Below, one piece after another: positions 12,455 to 24,554 of a stretch of DNA of 64,000 bases (positions are counted from its first letter, which is position 1; each line of letters opens with the position of its first letter). Location of the stretch: NCBI RefSeq assembly GCF_006345805.1, contig NC_043006.1:69254001-69318000 (forward strand), read 5' to 3'. The stretch comes from Octopus sinensis. Its lineage: Eukaryota. Position numbers and translations under genes: made by a program. The notes beneath the pieces are model-generated. The model was not told the origin of the DNA. It did no database searches and worked only from the letters and a program-made list of their open reading frames with translations.

Positions 12455-12690
12455 ACATACATATGTGAAACAAGGTGGAAAAAGAGTACTCAAATAGCAG
12501 AGGTAGAGGTAATATGCTTTATTAAAAGCTGCAGAAATATCACAAAAACTGTTACTCAGAGTTTCACGTTCCCGTTCGTCGGACAGTTTTGTTCCATTTC
12601 TGTTCCATCCCAACATAGAACTGTCCAACAAACGGGGAACGTGAAAACTGAGTAACAGTTTTGTTGATATTTCTGCTGCTTTTTTATAAT
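12455..12690. mobile_element. Non-autonomous element with ~70-bp inverted arms carrying hammerhead motifs (Penelope-type pLTR-like); second family copy at 63773-63900
   Basis: Arms 12519-12588 and 12619-12690 are reverse complements. 63773-63900 matches the minus strand of 12455-12582. Confidence 0.7.
12547..12588 (-). ncRNA. Minimal type I hammerhead ribozyme motif (U4C core variant)
   Basis: Minus strand AACTGT-CCGACGA-ACG(GGAA)CGT-GAA-ACT(CTG)AGT-A-ACAGTT: 6-bp stem I, stem II with GNRA loop, stem III and a GUA cleavage triplet. Confidence 0.65.
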
Positions 12691-12702
12691 AATAGTATAT
12701 AT

Positions 12703-12740
<38 letters not shown>

Positions 12741-12971
12741 GTTGTGTGTGTGTGGGTGTGGTGGTATCGGTAGCACTACACAACATTTTTTTCTCTCCTT
12801 GTTCTTTCTGTGTTCCTTTCTGTGGAAGAGCGTAAGCTCGAAACGTTTAAAGACTCTTTTCAATCCCGAGCGTTATACTAATACATCTGTTTGTTTTCTA
12901 CACACCTGTCTTCGTCTTTGTTTTTTTTTCGTGAATTCTCCATATATATATTATATATATTATATATATAA

Positions 12972-13019
<48 letters not shown>

Positions 13020-13799
13020 GTATATATGTATTGTATGTATGTATGTATGTATTATGTATGTGTATGTATGTAGGTATGTATAACTAGAAAATAGTCGTGT
13101 TTTTGAAGCATATATGTGTTCTTTGACGAAGAACTGCAAATGAATAAATAAAATATCAAAGTGAGAATGAAAAATGTTGGGAACAGAAGAAAACGCTTCA
13201 TACTCTCATGTTCGTCCGCTTGTGATTAACAAACACAAAGATCTCAGCATGAGGCGCATCCATCAAGGGTACCAGAGAAGCAGAAATGGTCTCGCCTGTA
13301 CTGTACCTTCGATGTTCCTGAAGCTTCGAAAGTGGCGGTATTTCATTGTCACAAATGTATGGTAACCTCGTTGTCACTGTTAAAGGTCTAACATATGTTT
13401 CAGCCATCAGTAATCAATGAATACAATGATTGGCTTAGCAGCGTTCAATAACGGACTCAGTCAAGCAGAGGGGACACACATAACCACAACTACTTCCATC
13501 TATACTATCGTTTCCATGTGCCTGAAACTAACATAAGTATGTATATTTATTTGTTGTACCATACAGGTTTTTCCCATTATTTAAAACTGTAATGTGTTTA
13601 ATTATTTAACAAAATTTATTATTAACGATTCAAACAAAGATTAAGGACTGTGGTGAAAGGAAAGGGTGGCCATTTTGAATTGTAAATATATGTATGAGTT
13701 CTTCGGGCTAAATTTGGCGATTTTGTTTCCTTCTTTTCAAGAATCTCTTGATGCAATGATGAACAGTTAATGGCGTTAGAAAGCATAAAAATTAAACCT

Positions 13800-14406
13800 G
13801 AGGTTGAGAAAAAGTTTGGTAACATGGACGAGTGGAAGCCATTTGAATACTGAAAAAAGAGTTACCTGCCGGCATCAATGCTCTGTGAACACTGTAAAGG
13901 CTGTAAGACGCGAAATGGCCACCATAAAAACGAAGTCTCCCCAAATTCTGAGGATCTTTGGGTATGTCTCCAATGAGAGGGACATCATGCCGCCCCACAC
14001 TTTTGAACAGGGCCTTAACCTCAATTCAGACGGCTATATGAAGCAGCTGGTCAAATCCTGGTTGGAGAAGATTGCTATTGGAAGGGCACATATGAGGTAG
14101 TAAGATTCGGCCCCTTGCCAAACATCCAGAAATAGTCAGAAATGGTTGTCGGAGAATGTCTAAAACTTCACCAGCCCCTATTTCTGACCTCCTAATCCTC
14201 TTGATTGTAATATTATAGATTACTATATGTGGGGCACAGTTGAGAAAGACACCAACAGCTCTACCTGAAACACCAAGGTTGAGCTGGTGACCAAGATGAA
14301 GGAGGTATTCGAAGATCTTTCTAGGAGCACAGTGAGGAATGCATGCACCAGGTTCCGGAGCCATCGTGAGGGCGCGGTAGAAACTGAGAGCGGCTACTTT
14401 GAGTAA
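13800..14406 (+). pseudogene. Tc1/mariner-superfamily transposase, DD37D (maT-like), inactivated
   Basis: IFGYVSNERDIMPPHTFEQGL...**DSAPCQTSRNSQKWLSENV*NFTSPYF*PPNPLDCNIIDYYMWGTVEK...GYFE*. There are 37 residues between the 2nd and 3rd catalytic D, and several in-frame stops. Confidence 0.85.
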
Positions 14407-14698
14407 ACCAGTATCTCTCAGCCATAATATTTATTTTTTGATTTTTAAAATACTTTTATTTTTGGATGAAATATTGAGTTTCCTTTTCCTTTTATGCAAA
14501 CTGTCAAATTTAACCTGAACACCCAGTACAACATTGTCAATAAATATAACAACCAGCCTATAAACTTTCAGTAACCAAAATGGAGGGTATATCAGCCAAA
14601 ACGTTGTATTAACAACAAACAAGATGAGGACAAATATCCGTCAAATGTAAATAATGTAAATGTTTCTAATGTTATGATAAAATGAATAATGTTTAAAT

Positions 14699-14856
14699 GC
14701 TGGAGTGGCTGTGCTAAGTAGCTTGCTTACCAACCACATGGTTCGAGGTTCGGACCCACTGCGTGGCACCTTGGGCAGCTGTCTTTCACTCTAGCCTCGG
14801 GCCGACCAAAGCCTTGTGAGTGGATTTGGTAGACGGAAACTGAATGAAGCCCGTCG

Positions 14857-14904
<48 letters not shown>

Positions 14905-15080
14905 TTGTGTGTGTGTGTTTGTCCACCAGCCAACTGAAGCTGGTGTGTTTACATCCCCGTAACTTAGCGGTTCAGCAAAAGATCCCGAATAATTCCTGGG
15001 GTCGATTTGTTCGACTAAAGGCGGTGCTCCAGCATGGCCGCAGTCAAATAACTGAAACAAGTAAAAACAAAAGAATAAAA
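14699..15080 (+). mobile_element. Family A SINE, near full length
   Basis: tRNA-like head, CORE-like segment, internal (TA)n(TG)n, and tail GGCGGTGCTCCAGCATGGCCGCAGTCAAATAACTGAAACAAGTAAAA. Confidence 0.9.
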
Positions 15081-15292
15081 GAATATATGCTGCAGCCAGA
15101 AGTGTGGAATATTCTCGGCACCACCACACGACTATTTTATCCATAGCTGGAGATCTGTCAATCGTGTACCACAAAGACTCATTCGCCAAATACAGGTCCT
15201 AGTCTAATGCAAGGTTACTTTCTGTGCACGTATCCGACTCATTCTCTCGTTCATAAACTATATGTATCAAGTTCATAAACTATATGTAATAA

Positions 15293-15522
15293 GGCGGCGA
15301 GCTGGCAGAAACGTTAGCACGCCAGGCGAAATTCGTAGCCGTATTTCGTCTGTCGTTGCGTTCCGAGTTCAAATCCCGCCGAGGTCGACTTTGCCTTTCA
15401 TCCTTTCGGGGTCGATAAATTAAGTACCAGTTACGCACTGGGATCGATGTAATCGACTTAATCCCTTTGTCTGTCCTTGTTTGTCCCCTCTGTGTTTAGC
15501 CCCTTGTGGGTAGTAAAGAAAT
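15293..15522 (+). mobile_element. Family B SINE, full length
   Basis: Consensus match. Flanked by a TATATGTATCAAG-like duplication. Confidence 0.9.
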
Positions 15523-16000
15523 ATATATGTATCAAGTAGCATGATTAAATCAAAGCAACTTGAGTTTGTATTAGAATCCAGGCGTCTGTTAGAATGGCTG
15601 AAGGAATACCCAATTCTCTCAAAATCGTTTAACTTCGTGTATACTCGGCTACAAAGAAACATGGCCAATATTTGCCTGCATCGATCCAGATATTTGCGCT
15701 GCATCATGGCTTCTAGCTCAGCATGATAATACGTTTCCATCTGCACCAGTTACTCGCATTTACTTTCTTCGCCAAATTCGAAGCTGTGAGGAAGAAGGTT
15801 CCCTGATCCATTCCTCATTTCGATGTGACCAGGCAACTAAAAATATAAACACATTTAATGAGCACATGTAGACAATACTGGACAGCCAATGCCTTGCCTG
15901 AGTGCAACTGTTCTTTGACAAGTCTTGTTTTTCATTCTTCAGGGTGTCCAAAATCACCCCACCTCAATAAGCAAGCTTAGTGGGTTTGATAGTGTGGTGG

Positions 16001-16235
16001 AATTTCTTTACTACCCACAAGGGGTTAAACACAGAGGGAACAAACAAGGACAGAAAAACGGATTAAGTTGATTATATCGACCCCAGTGCGTAACTGGTAC
16101 TTAATTTATCGACCCCGAAAGGATGAAAGGCAAAGTCGACCTCGGCGGAATTTGAACTCAGAACGTAGCGGCAGACGAAATACCGCAAAGCATTTCGCCC
16201 GGCGCGGTAACGATTCTGCCAGCTCACCGCCTTCA
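16001..16235 (-). mobile_element. Family B SINE with 17-bp target-site duplication
   Basis: TSD GTTTGATAGT(G/A)TGGTGG at 15984-16000 and 16236-16252. Confidence 0.92.
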
Positions 16236-16325
16236 GTTTGATAGTATGGTGGTCGACAACTTGGTCACGCTGCAGGTTGTACTGGGTTACATGTTACCAG
16301 TATGGCTAGCAACCAATCTCCTTCG

Positions 16326-16381
<56 letters not shown>

Positions 16382-16803
16382 ACACACTGCGCTTACAATA
16401 ACATCTTCATGCTTGTTCACATTTAATCCCCCTATCACATCTCCCACACTTTTCTCATCTCTAGATTACCCCACTCCCCAAAATTCCTCTTTGGACACTT
16501 TACTAAAATCTGTTTCTTCAGGTCTTTAAATCTTTAAATCTCTTCTGCAGCACCAGTGTCTCACTCCACCCTATTCCGCCCTACCCGACCCCAGCCAATA
16601 TACTTAAACCTATACGTATCCAAGACCGAGATAGATTATTGGAAAGAATCCGCTCAGTCTGCGGAAGAGCGTCCATGATGTTCATGGGCGCTGCCCCGCC
16701 TTCCCGTGATAATGTAAAAAACAAATAGTTTTAAGTATGCAGGATATTACGTCTGTATAATCAGCTTCTGAAGATTGCGTCTGGTAATCACATCAGCAAA
16801 GAA

Positions 16804-16837
<34 letters not shown>

Positions 16838-17149
16838 GCAATCACAAACAAATATACACACACACTCTCGCGCGCATACATGCAGAGAATGTAAACACCG
16901 ATTCGTGTCCCCACCCCCACCCCACACGCAGACAAAACACAATAAGAATACGCAAAACAATATTGGCAAGAGATATACACGCATAGAAAGACTTGATCGA
17001 TAAAAGCAGAACACACAGGCTCTCACGCATTCCCCATATAATATACACGCGCACATAGGGACCACGTCACTCTATGTACATACATACTGATAGCTTACAT
17101 AGCTATACTATATTTCTACATGATTTGCGACAGGACCACAGGAGCATAC

Positions 17150-17295
17150 ATTGTGTGTGTATGTGTGTGTGTTTGTGGGTGTTTGTGTGTGTAAATATAT
17201 ATATATATGTATATATATATACATATATATATGTATACACCTATATTTATATCAATATATATGTGTATATATATATGTATGTATATATGTATGCT

Positions 17296-17326
<31 letters not shown>

Positions 17327-17341
17327 ATATATATGTATGTA

Positions 17342-17382
<41 letters not shown>

Positions 17383-17422
17383 ATATACATATATATACAT
17401 ATATATGTATATATATATATCA

Positions 17423-17473
<51 letters not shown>

Positions 17474-18074
17474 TGCATGTATCTCTCTCTCTCTCTATCA
17501 GTTAGATAGAGAGATAGATAATAGAAATATATATATATATATATATATATATGCACGAGTGTATATATTTGTATATATGTATGTATATACAAACACGCAC
17601 ACATATTTATATATAAAATATACATGCAGGCATATATACATATGTGTGTATTTAGGTATGTGCGTGTGTGTAAACGTGTACGCTGGGTGTGAACGTCTGC
17701 GAGTGTGTATATCTGTATGTAATCTCCACATGCATGAAATATAGAACTTAGAAGCTGAAAAATACTCTGCGTAATAAAATATACATAATAATATACATAA
17801 AACATATATGTATAACAAACAACACGCCCATATACAGACACGCGCATTTAGCGTATAAACACTCACATACAGCCTAAACATACAAACACAGACGAGCCCG
17901 TTGATATAAGCATACGAAGATTCCCCTTGCATAAGATTTTCGCATGCTCTCCCAAACACGGACGAACATGTATTTTTCACACGCACGCATACAACTATGT
18001 AAATATATACACACATATATATTTACTCATAAACAGATGGATGTCTGCAAATACATACATACATATACATATAC

Positions 18075-18129
<55 letters not shown>

Positions 18130-18147
18130 TGTATGTATATATATATA

Positions 18148-18189
<42 letters not shown>

Positions 18190-18708
18190 GCACGGTGTAT
18201 ATACAGAGAACGAGCATTAGAGATACAATGAGGATAACATCAATCTTGATCTACATATTTCATTCTATTTAAATCCATCGAGCAAAATGTTGACTCAGTT
18301 TACACTGGGAGTGAAAACACACAAAAAATAAATACAAGGTAAAAAAAAATAAAAGAGGAAAAAAAAACAAAAGTAACAAAGCAAACAACAACAGCAACTA
18401 TCTCTATGTCAAGGCATGTTTCATTGGCGCCAGGGGGCAACACAGTGATATTGTGACTCCATTAGCTTCCAGTGGCGTTTTCCTAGCCAAAGCCTTATCC
18501 AATGACCGCCATTTCACTGCGCTTTATCTTAACTTCCGGTTTCGGTGCCTCTCTTCTGAATAAACAATTTCTGTCGGAAACGGTGACCGTTGAATAAAGC
18601 AAGCCGAGGGCATATTCTATATCACAGACTTTCGGTGTGTTTATGCTGCTATATACTCGCGAATATACATATATACCCACACATGTACACAAATACACTC
18701 CCACACCC

Positions 18709-18803
<95 letters not shown>

Positions 18804-19642
18804 TGTATATATATATATATATATATCTGTGTGTATGTGTATACATGTCTATATATATATACATACACACACACACGTATATATATATACAGGGGTGAAT
18901 ATGTATGTGTATATATTTATATATGTTTGTCTTTAAGTGTATGCATATATATATATATATATTCTTACATATTTCTGTTTATAAAAATATTTTACATGCA
19001 TACATACACACACATATACATACATACAAACATACATACTTATATATGTACATTCATATAGGCATACATACGTACATACATACACTAATACACACATTCA
19101 TGCATACATGCAGTCATACTTACAAATTTACATGCATACATACATACATGCGTACATACATACATATATAATGCATACATACGTACATACATACATACGT
19201 AAATACGTTCATACATACATACCTACATCCGTACGTACATACATACATGCATTCGTACGTACATACAGACATACTCGTCATACGTACTTAATTTCTTAAT
19301 ACACAGCAATATCAATGCTCATGTATATAAATATACGAAACATGGCCTATGGATATATAATCGAGCATTAAACGTGTGCGCATGTGTATCAGTATGTACG
19401 TATGTATGCATGTATGCATGTATGCATGTATGCATGTATGTATGGATGGATGTGTTGCATGTGTGTTGTATGTGTTATGTATATATGTGTGTTTGTGAGT
19501 GTGTATGTGTGTGTTTTGTGCATATGCACCCTTGTTCATATCTCTGAGTGTAAATAGCAAATGTTTTTATATATGTATATGTGTTTTCATATACATTATA
19601 TATGTGTGTGTGTGTGCGTGTGTGTGTGTGTGTGTGTATGTC

Positions 19643-19674
<32 letters not shown>

Positions 19675-19760
19675 CGTATACATACAAACATATATATATA
19701 TATATATGAGTGTATGTGTGTGTATGTATACATTTACAAGTATACCGCTGTGTACATATG
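17150..19760. repeat. Large (TA)n/(CATA)n/(TG)n compound microsatellite field with one unique island (~18240-18650)
   Basis: Direct reading. It is the source of the many poly-YI/CV ORFs. Confidence 0.9.
18427..18540. promoter_or_regulatory. Candidate regulatory island: CTCF-like, CCAAT, YY1-like and ETS-like motifs
   Basis: GCGCCAGGGGGCAA 18427-18440, CCAAT 18499-18503, CGCCATTT 18507-18514, ACTTCCGG 18532-18539. Motif matches only. Confidence 0.35.
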
Positions 19761-19878
19761 TGGGTGTATATTCCAAGAGAAAGTCGAAATCAACAACAAC
19801 AGCAACAACAACAATAACAACAACACCACATGTAACTGACTACATCAGGAAATGAGAATCTGAAAACTATAGGGGTGT

Positions 19879-20050
19879 CAGCTGTTGGTAACAGTAACCA
19901 TGGTAACCACTCTTCACCCTTATTATGTTCCACGCGAGGCCCTTAATCATGTCAAGTGATGTGGTATATGTTACGGCGGGTGTTTAACGCCATGCTACAC
20001 TGAACGGCATCATTGGAAGGCCGCCGCTCTGTCTGCTCTAGCGCCATATT
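19879..20050. promoter_or_regulatory. Candidate regulatory island with an RFX X-box
   Basis: GTAACCATGGTAAC 19894-19907 fits GTNRCCATGGYAAC. E-box CAGCTG 19879-19884. CGCCATATT (YY1-like) 20042-20050. Confidence 0.35.
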
Positions 20051-21389
20051 GGATGTTACGACGATGTCACATATTGTAATATAACACAGGTAAGAGAAGG
20101 AAGAGAACGAGGAAGAGGAGAGGCTGAGTGGGTGGACGAGGAGTAGTTGTAAGTGTAAAGTAATGACATTGAGGGAGAGTGACTGTGTGTGTAGCAGCGG
20201 GAAGTAGTGTGGCTGAATGAGTGAAGTGTGGCCGACATGAGTAAATGAGAAGAGCTGAGGGAAGGCGAAAGGCAGTGAAATGGAGAAGTTTGAAATAAAA
20301 GTTGTGGTTTAGCCCCAGCTGATGCTGCAGACCTAGTCAAATATGTTCCAACTATGACCATCTCGTTGGTTTCCTGTATACAGTAAAGCCAAAAATACGT
20401 TGTCCATTCTGTTTTGTTATTATTATTATGAAAATAATAGGGTGTGATTTGAGGGGAGGTTTGAGTTATCGGATTAGAACGATAGCTGTTATGCGAGAAA
20501 CGGAAATATTTATCACATTTTCCTCTTCCTTCCACACTCACCACAGAATATCATATACGCAAATTTATACACCAGTAGACATAGACATGGACGTATATGT
20601 ACGCTGACATTCATAGACACAAACATACATATATACACATGCATTAGCATACAAACACGTATACATAGATATATGCACACACACAAACATCCATAGTCAC
20701 ATACACGCACAAATACGTATAATAAACAAATCTACACGCCTAAGTATACATACACACACGCAGTGGGTCGCTCACTTTCATACACACAATATGAAGCATA
20801 TACACACCCACATATTATTACAATATAAATTGTTAAATGACATAATTGATAGAACGATAACACATATTCTTTCCGGAAACATCCTACGTTCCAAATCTGG
20901 GAGTGAATTTAAACTTTATTCAGTTGTTGGTCCTGGTTCGGGAGTTCCAAGGGCTTTTTATTATGAGTGCAGAATCACTTCTTAGCTAGGTCTACTTTCA
21001 TTTGGAGTAGTAGCATATTAGGGTTTGCCTAACTATGCATGGTAAGACTGGAGCCGGCAGACTCTGCGGAAGAAACCTTCCTGGTTCAACGGAGGGGAAA
21101 GCGGCTGCAGCAACGCATTCTGGAGTGCAGAGAGAAAAATGAAACAAGAAAGGCACGTTTGTCAATTACTGCATTCGTGTCTATCACAGTCAGTTTGACG
21201 TGGTCATACCATTGGGTTGAATGTGGTCACAGATGAAACAGTGAGGTTGACAGTGCCCAACTTTACTTCCCTAAACAATCACTGCGCAAGTCATTAGTTA
21301 TCCTCAAGAATGACTAGATGGCCCCCCTTGCTCCAACGGACGAACATGACATTCAAAATTCAAACAGCGCTGAGATCAACTTTCTCTCT

Positions 21390-22300
21390 TATATCTGACA
21401 CAGGTAAAATAAGTTGCAGTTTCTAGGACCACCTGCTCAGGTCACTAGACATGATGCCCATCATTGATACTTGAATCTCCGAACCACGAGCCTTCACGGC
21501 TATTTTCGGTGGATATGAGTTGTCCATATCTTCTAGTCGAATAAAGTTGGGAAATGGAGCTATTATGTTGTTTTGGAAGGGTCTAGATTTTACGATATGA
21601 TGACCTTCAACTCAGAAACTAAGCTTGTGATCGTGGATGTGAACAATAGCGAAGTGGGTACCAGCATTTAGTTAACCTGCCAGAGAATCTAGATTTCTTT
21701 AGGCTTCTGGAGGTTTTCTCAATGATGTTCCGCTCTTTAGCGCTAGTGGGCAACTGGAATGCTCTTGTGGATGCACGCTTAGATTGTCTGAAATTAGGTG
21801 ATAAGAGAGATGAGTGTAAAAGCCTCGCAAATATGTTCAGAAGTTTTAGCAATCTGACAGATACCGACTGGTTTTCTCGAATATGCTAATGTGGAAATGA
21901 ACAAATCGCATTGGGTCATCCAGATCGTATTTAGATAAATGCGATCTGTAATATGTAGGTCAGTAGATAAGGGTAGCCCAGATTGTCTACATTTTAAAAT
22001 CGTTGGGTAAACGAAACACAAATTTGGGATCTTTACGATTGACCAAAATAGGTAGGCAGCGGCCCGGTTACTTAAAACTGAGCGCATCACTCCCGGCGCC
22101 CCAAGCTTACAGAGACATCATTACTGAAATAGTTAAGTGGTAATTGACGAGAGCAATCGTCAACAATAAATGACGCTTTGCCCCGAAAAAAGTGATTTGC
22201 ATAAATCAATGTGGTTTAATAAGATTATAGCGAGGGAGAAAAAGCAGAGTAGAAAGAAACAGTTAAACCTTAAAGTGGTATTTATGAAAATTATCACTGC
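21390..22300 (+). mobile_element. Decayed L1/Tx1-clade LINE, endonuclease region
   Basis: LRSLDMMPIIDT*ISEPRAFTAIFGGY...GNGAIMLFWKGLD; LVGNWNALVDARLD (GDWN motif, ~21743); SRSYLDK (~21919); LTRAIVNNK. ORF1 remnants may extend upstream to ~20850. Confidence 0.65.
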
Positions 22301-22685
22301 CGTTATACAGCAAAACAGGCCCTCGTCCAATTCTTTAGCGCAAAGCACGAAAGATGTGTCGTAGGGCTTATGTTTTAAGACAAGTGTGGTTGAAAACCGT
22401 TTGATGGGCAACGTAGCGATTAAGTCACAGTTGGGTCTTTGGCGGAACACAATGGACATTTGTTATTCGACTTAAAGCAGTGTGAGCAGTTTATCAGCAG
22501 CACATGGCTTGCGTGTTCGGGATGTGTAACTGGCCGGAACGCAGGATGAATACCCGTGCCTACCTCGACGGCCTGCCGCGACTCTCGGCCACAGAATGGA
22601 GTGCTGCGAAAAGCGGTAGCTGCAACAGCTGTAACAACAACACTAACATCTGTATGAATCGCAACATTATGATTATCAACAATTA

Positions 22686-23100
22686 GGCGTAGGAGTGGCT
22701 GTGTGGTAAGTAGCTTGCTTACCAACCACATGGTTCCAGGTTCAGTCCCACTGCGTTGCATCTTGGGCAAGTGTCTTCTACTCTAGCCTCGGGCCGACCA
22801 AAGCCTTGTGAGTGGATTTGGTAGACGGAAACTGAAAGAAGCCCGTCGTATATATCTATATTTATATATATGTGTGTGTGTATGTATATGTTTGTGTGTC
22901 TATGTTCCCCCCCCCCAACATCGTTTGACAACCGATGCTGGTATGTTTACGTCCCCGCAACTTAGCGATTCGGCAAAAGAGCCCGATAGAATAAGTACTA
23001 GGCTTACAAAGAATAAGTCGTGGTGTCGATTTGCTCAACTAAAAGGCGGTGCTCCAGCATGGCCACAGTCAAATGACTGAAACAAGTAAAAGAGTAAAAG
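22686..23100 (+). mobile_element. Family A SINE, full length
   Basis: Consensus head, CORE-like segment, microsatellite, tail and (AAAAGAGT)n end. Confidence 0.92.
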
Positions 23101-23436
23101 TGTAACAATAACAAAACCAACAGCAAAGCAACTGTTATCGTCACCGCCGCTGCCATCAACGGAAACATCTACAAAGACAGCAAGGACAACTTTGACAATG
23201 GTTACGACGAGAAATTCACAAAGAAAATATCTATCGCTCATGTCGTGGCCAATGGACAGGACATTCACTCGAAGGAAAAGCCATCACAATCAAAAATATC
23301 AGATGGATATCGCTCACCCTGGAGTGTTATCGATTTTACAAGAGAAAACGTTGTTCACCGAAATCAGGATCAATATTTAGAAGTGCAGCAAGTGAAAAAT
23401 GACTAGAAGAGGTTTGACCTTCTGTACTGTGCATAA

Positions 23437-23877
23437 ATCTCTTCTCTTCTCTCTTAATCCTTTTTGCCCCTTGTGGAGTATAGGGCCTCAACAGTTGTTT
23501 TCCACTTTTTGCGATCATTGGCGTGTTTCTTGGCTGCTTCCCATGTCAGGGCGGTGATCCTGAGCTCGTTCAAAATGCTCCACTTCCATGTCTGCTTCGG
23601 GCGTCCTCGCTTCCTTTTCCCCTGCGGGTCCCAGTCAAGTGCTTGTCGTGTTACATTTGAGGATTCTTTCTGCAGTGTGTGTCCCATCCATCTCCATTTC
23701 CTTCGTCTAATCTGAACATGTATGCGCTCCTGGTTGGCCCTTTCCCACAGGTCGGTGTTTGGTACTCTGTCGAACCACTTCAGATGAAGGGTCTGCCGGA
23801 GACATTTGTCGATGAAGGTCTGGATCTTCTTATAGTTGCTGCAGGTGGCTCTACATGTTTCAGAGCCATACAAAAGC
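23437..23877 (-). mobile_element. 5'-truncated RTE-clade LINE with 11-bp TSD
   Basis: LLYGSETCR...IRRRKWRWMGHTLQK...ALDWDPQGKRKRGRPKQTW (RTE C-terminus), an (AGAGA)-type tail, and TSD ACTGTG(C/T)ATAA at 23426-23436 and 23878-23888. Confidence 0.92.
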
Positions 23878-24517
23878 ACTGTGTATAACCAGAGGGAATA
23901 AACTCGGGAGGATGGTAGCTATATGCAACTGCGAACAGGAAGTCCATAGGATAGCTACAACAATCTGCACCTCCTAGCAGTTTGTTTTGATACCGTATCC
24001 ATATGTACTGGGCATCGTGTGACCAAAGTCAGGGTCAGAAACGAACTTCCTCATAGAAACCAAGCGACCAGAGTAATGGCCATGTTAGAGGAGCATGGAC
24101 ACTAGTCCTAGAATAGAACGGAAAACGTCCTAAGTTTTGGTTTCTCCAGGGTATCTGCCTGGCTTCTATTTCGGAAGGTAGTAGCACATGCGAGTAGAAA
24201 CAGCATATGTTACATCGGTGGCAAAACAGAGCACCTTAAAACATTCTGCCCTACAGTGGAGAGTTTGAAAGCAGAGCATCACACTCCTCGCAACACAGAA
24301 ACTACTGATATATATATATATAAGAGAAAAAAAATCTATCAGAAAGGAACTCTATCTCTCTTTAAAAAATATCTTTTGATAAGCATAACAAATGCGCAAC
24401 CGGTAAAAAGAACTTCCACCTAATTAAATACACTCTCCCTTACTTAAATTATTTTGTCAGCATTTTCTTCATTTCCTTTTTTTATATATCACAACTCGTG
24501 TTCCACATCTCCTTTTT

Positions 24518-24554
<37 letters not shown>

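Noticed and set aside
13130-13540. Unique segment with exon-like pieces (+13404-13536 with branch point and GTATGT; minus-strand RLPYICD, lectin-like)
   Set aside because: The best + frame has an internal stop, the implied upstream intron is only 47 nt, and the lectin resemblance is a few residues without the upstream WxD/C motif.
13563-14530. TIRs for the DD37D transposase (TA-CAGGTTTTTC ... GAACACCCAG-TA)
   Set aside because: Only 7/10 identity with no extension, so element ends are not called.
24141-24168. Short + exon candidate encoding YLPGFYFG (neuropeptide-like), coordinates approximate
   Set aside because: Weak GTAGTA donor, and no precursor context such as dibasic sites or a signal peptide.
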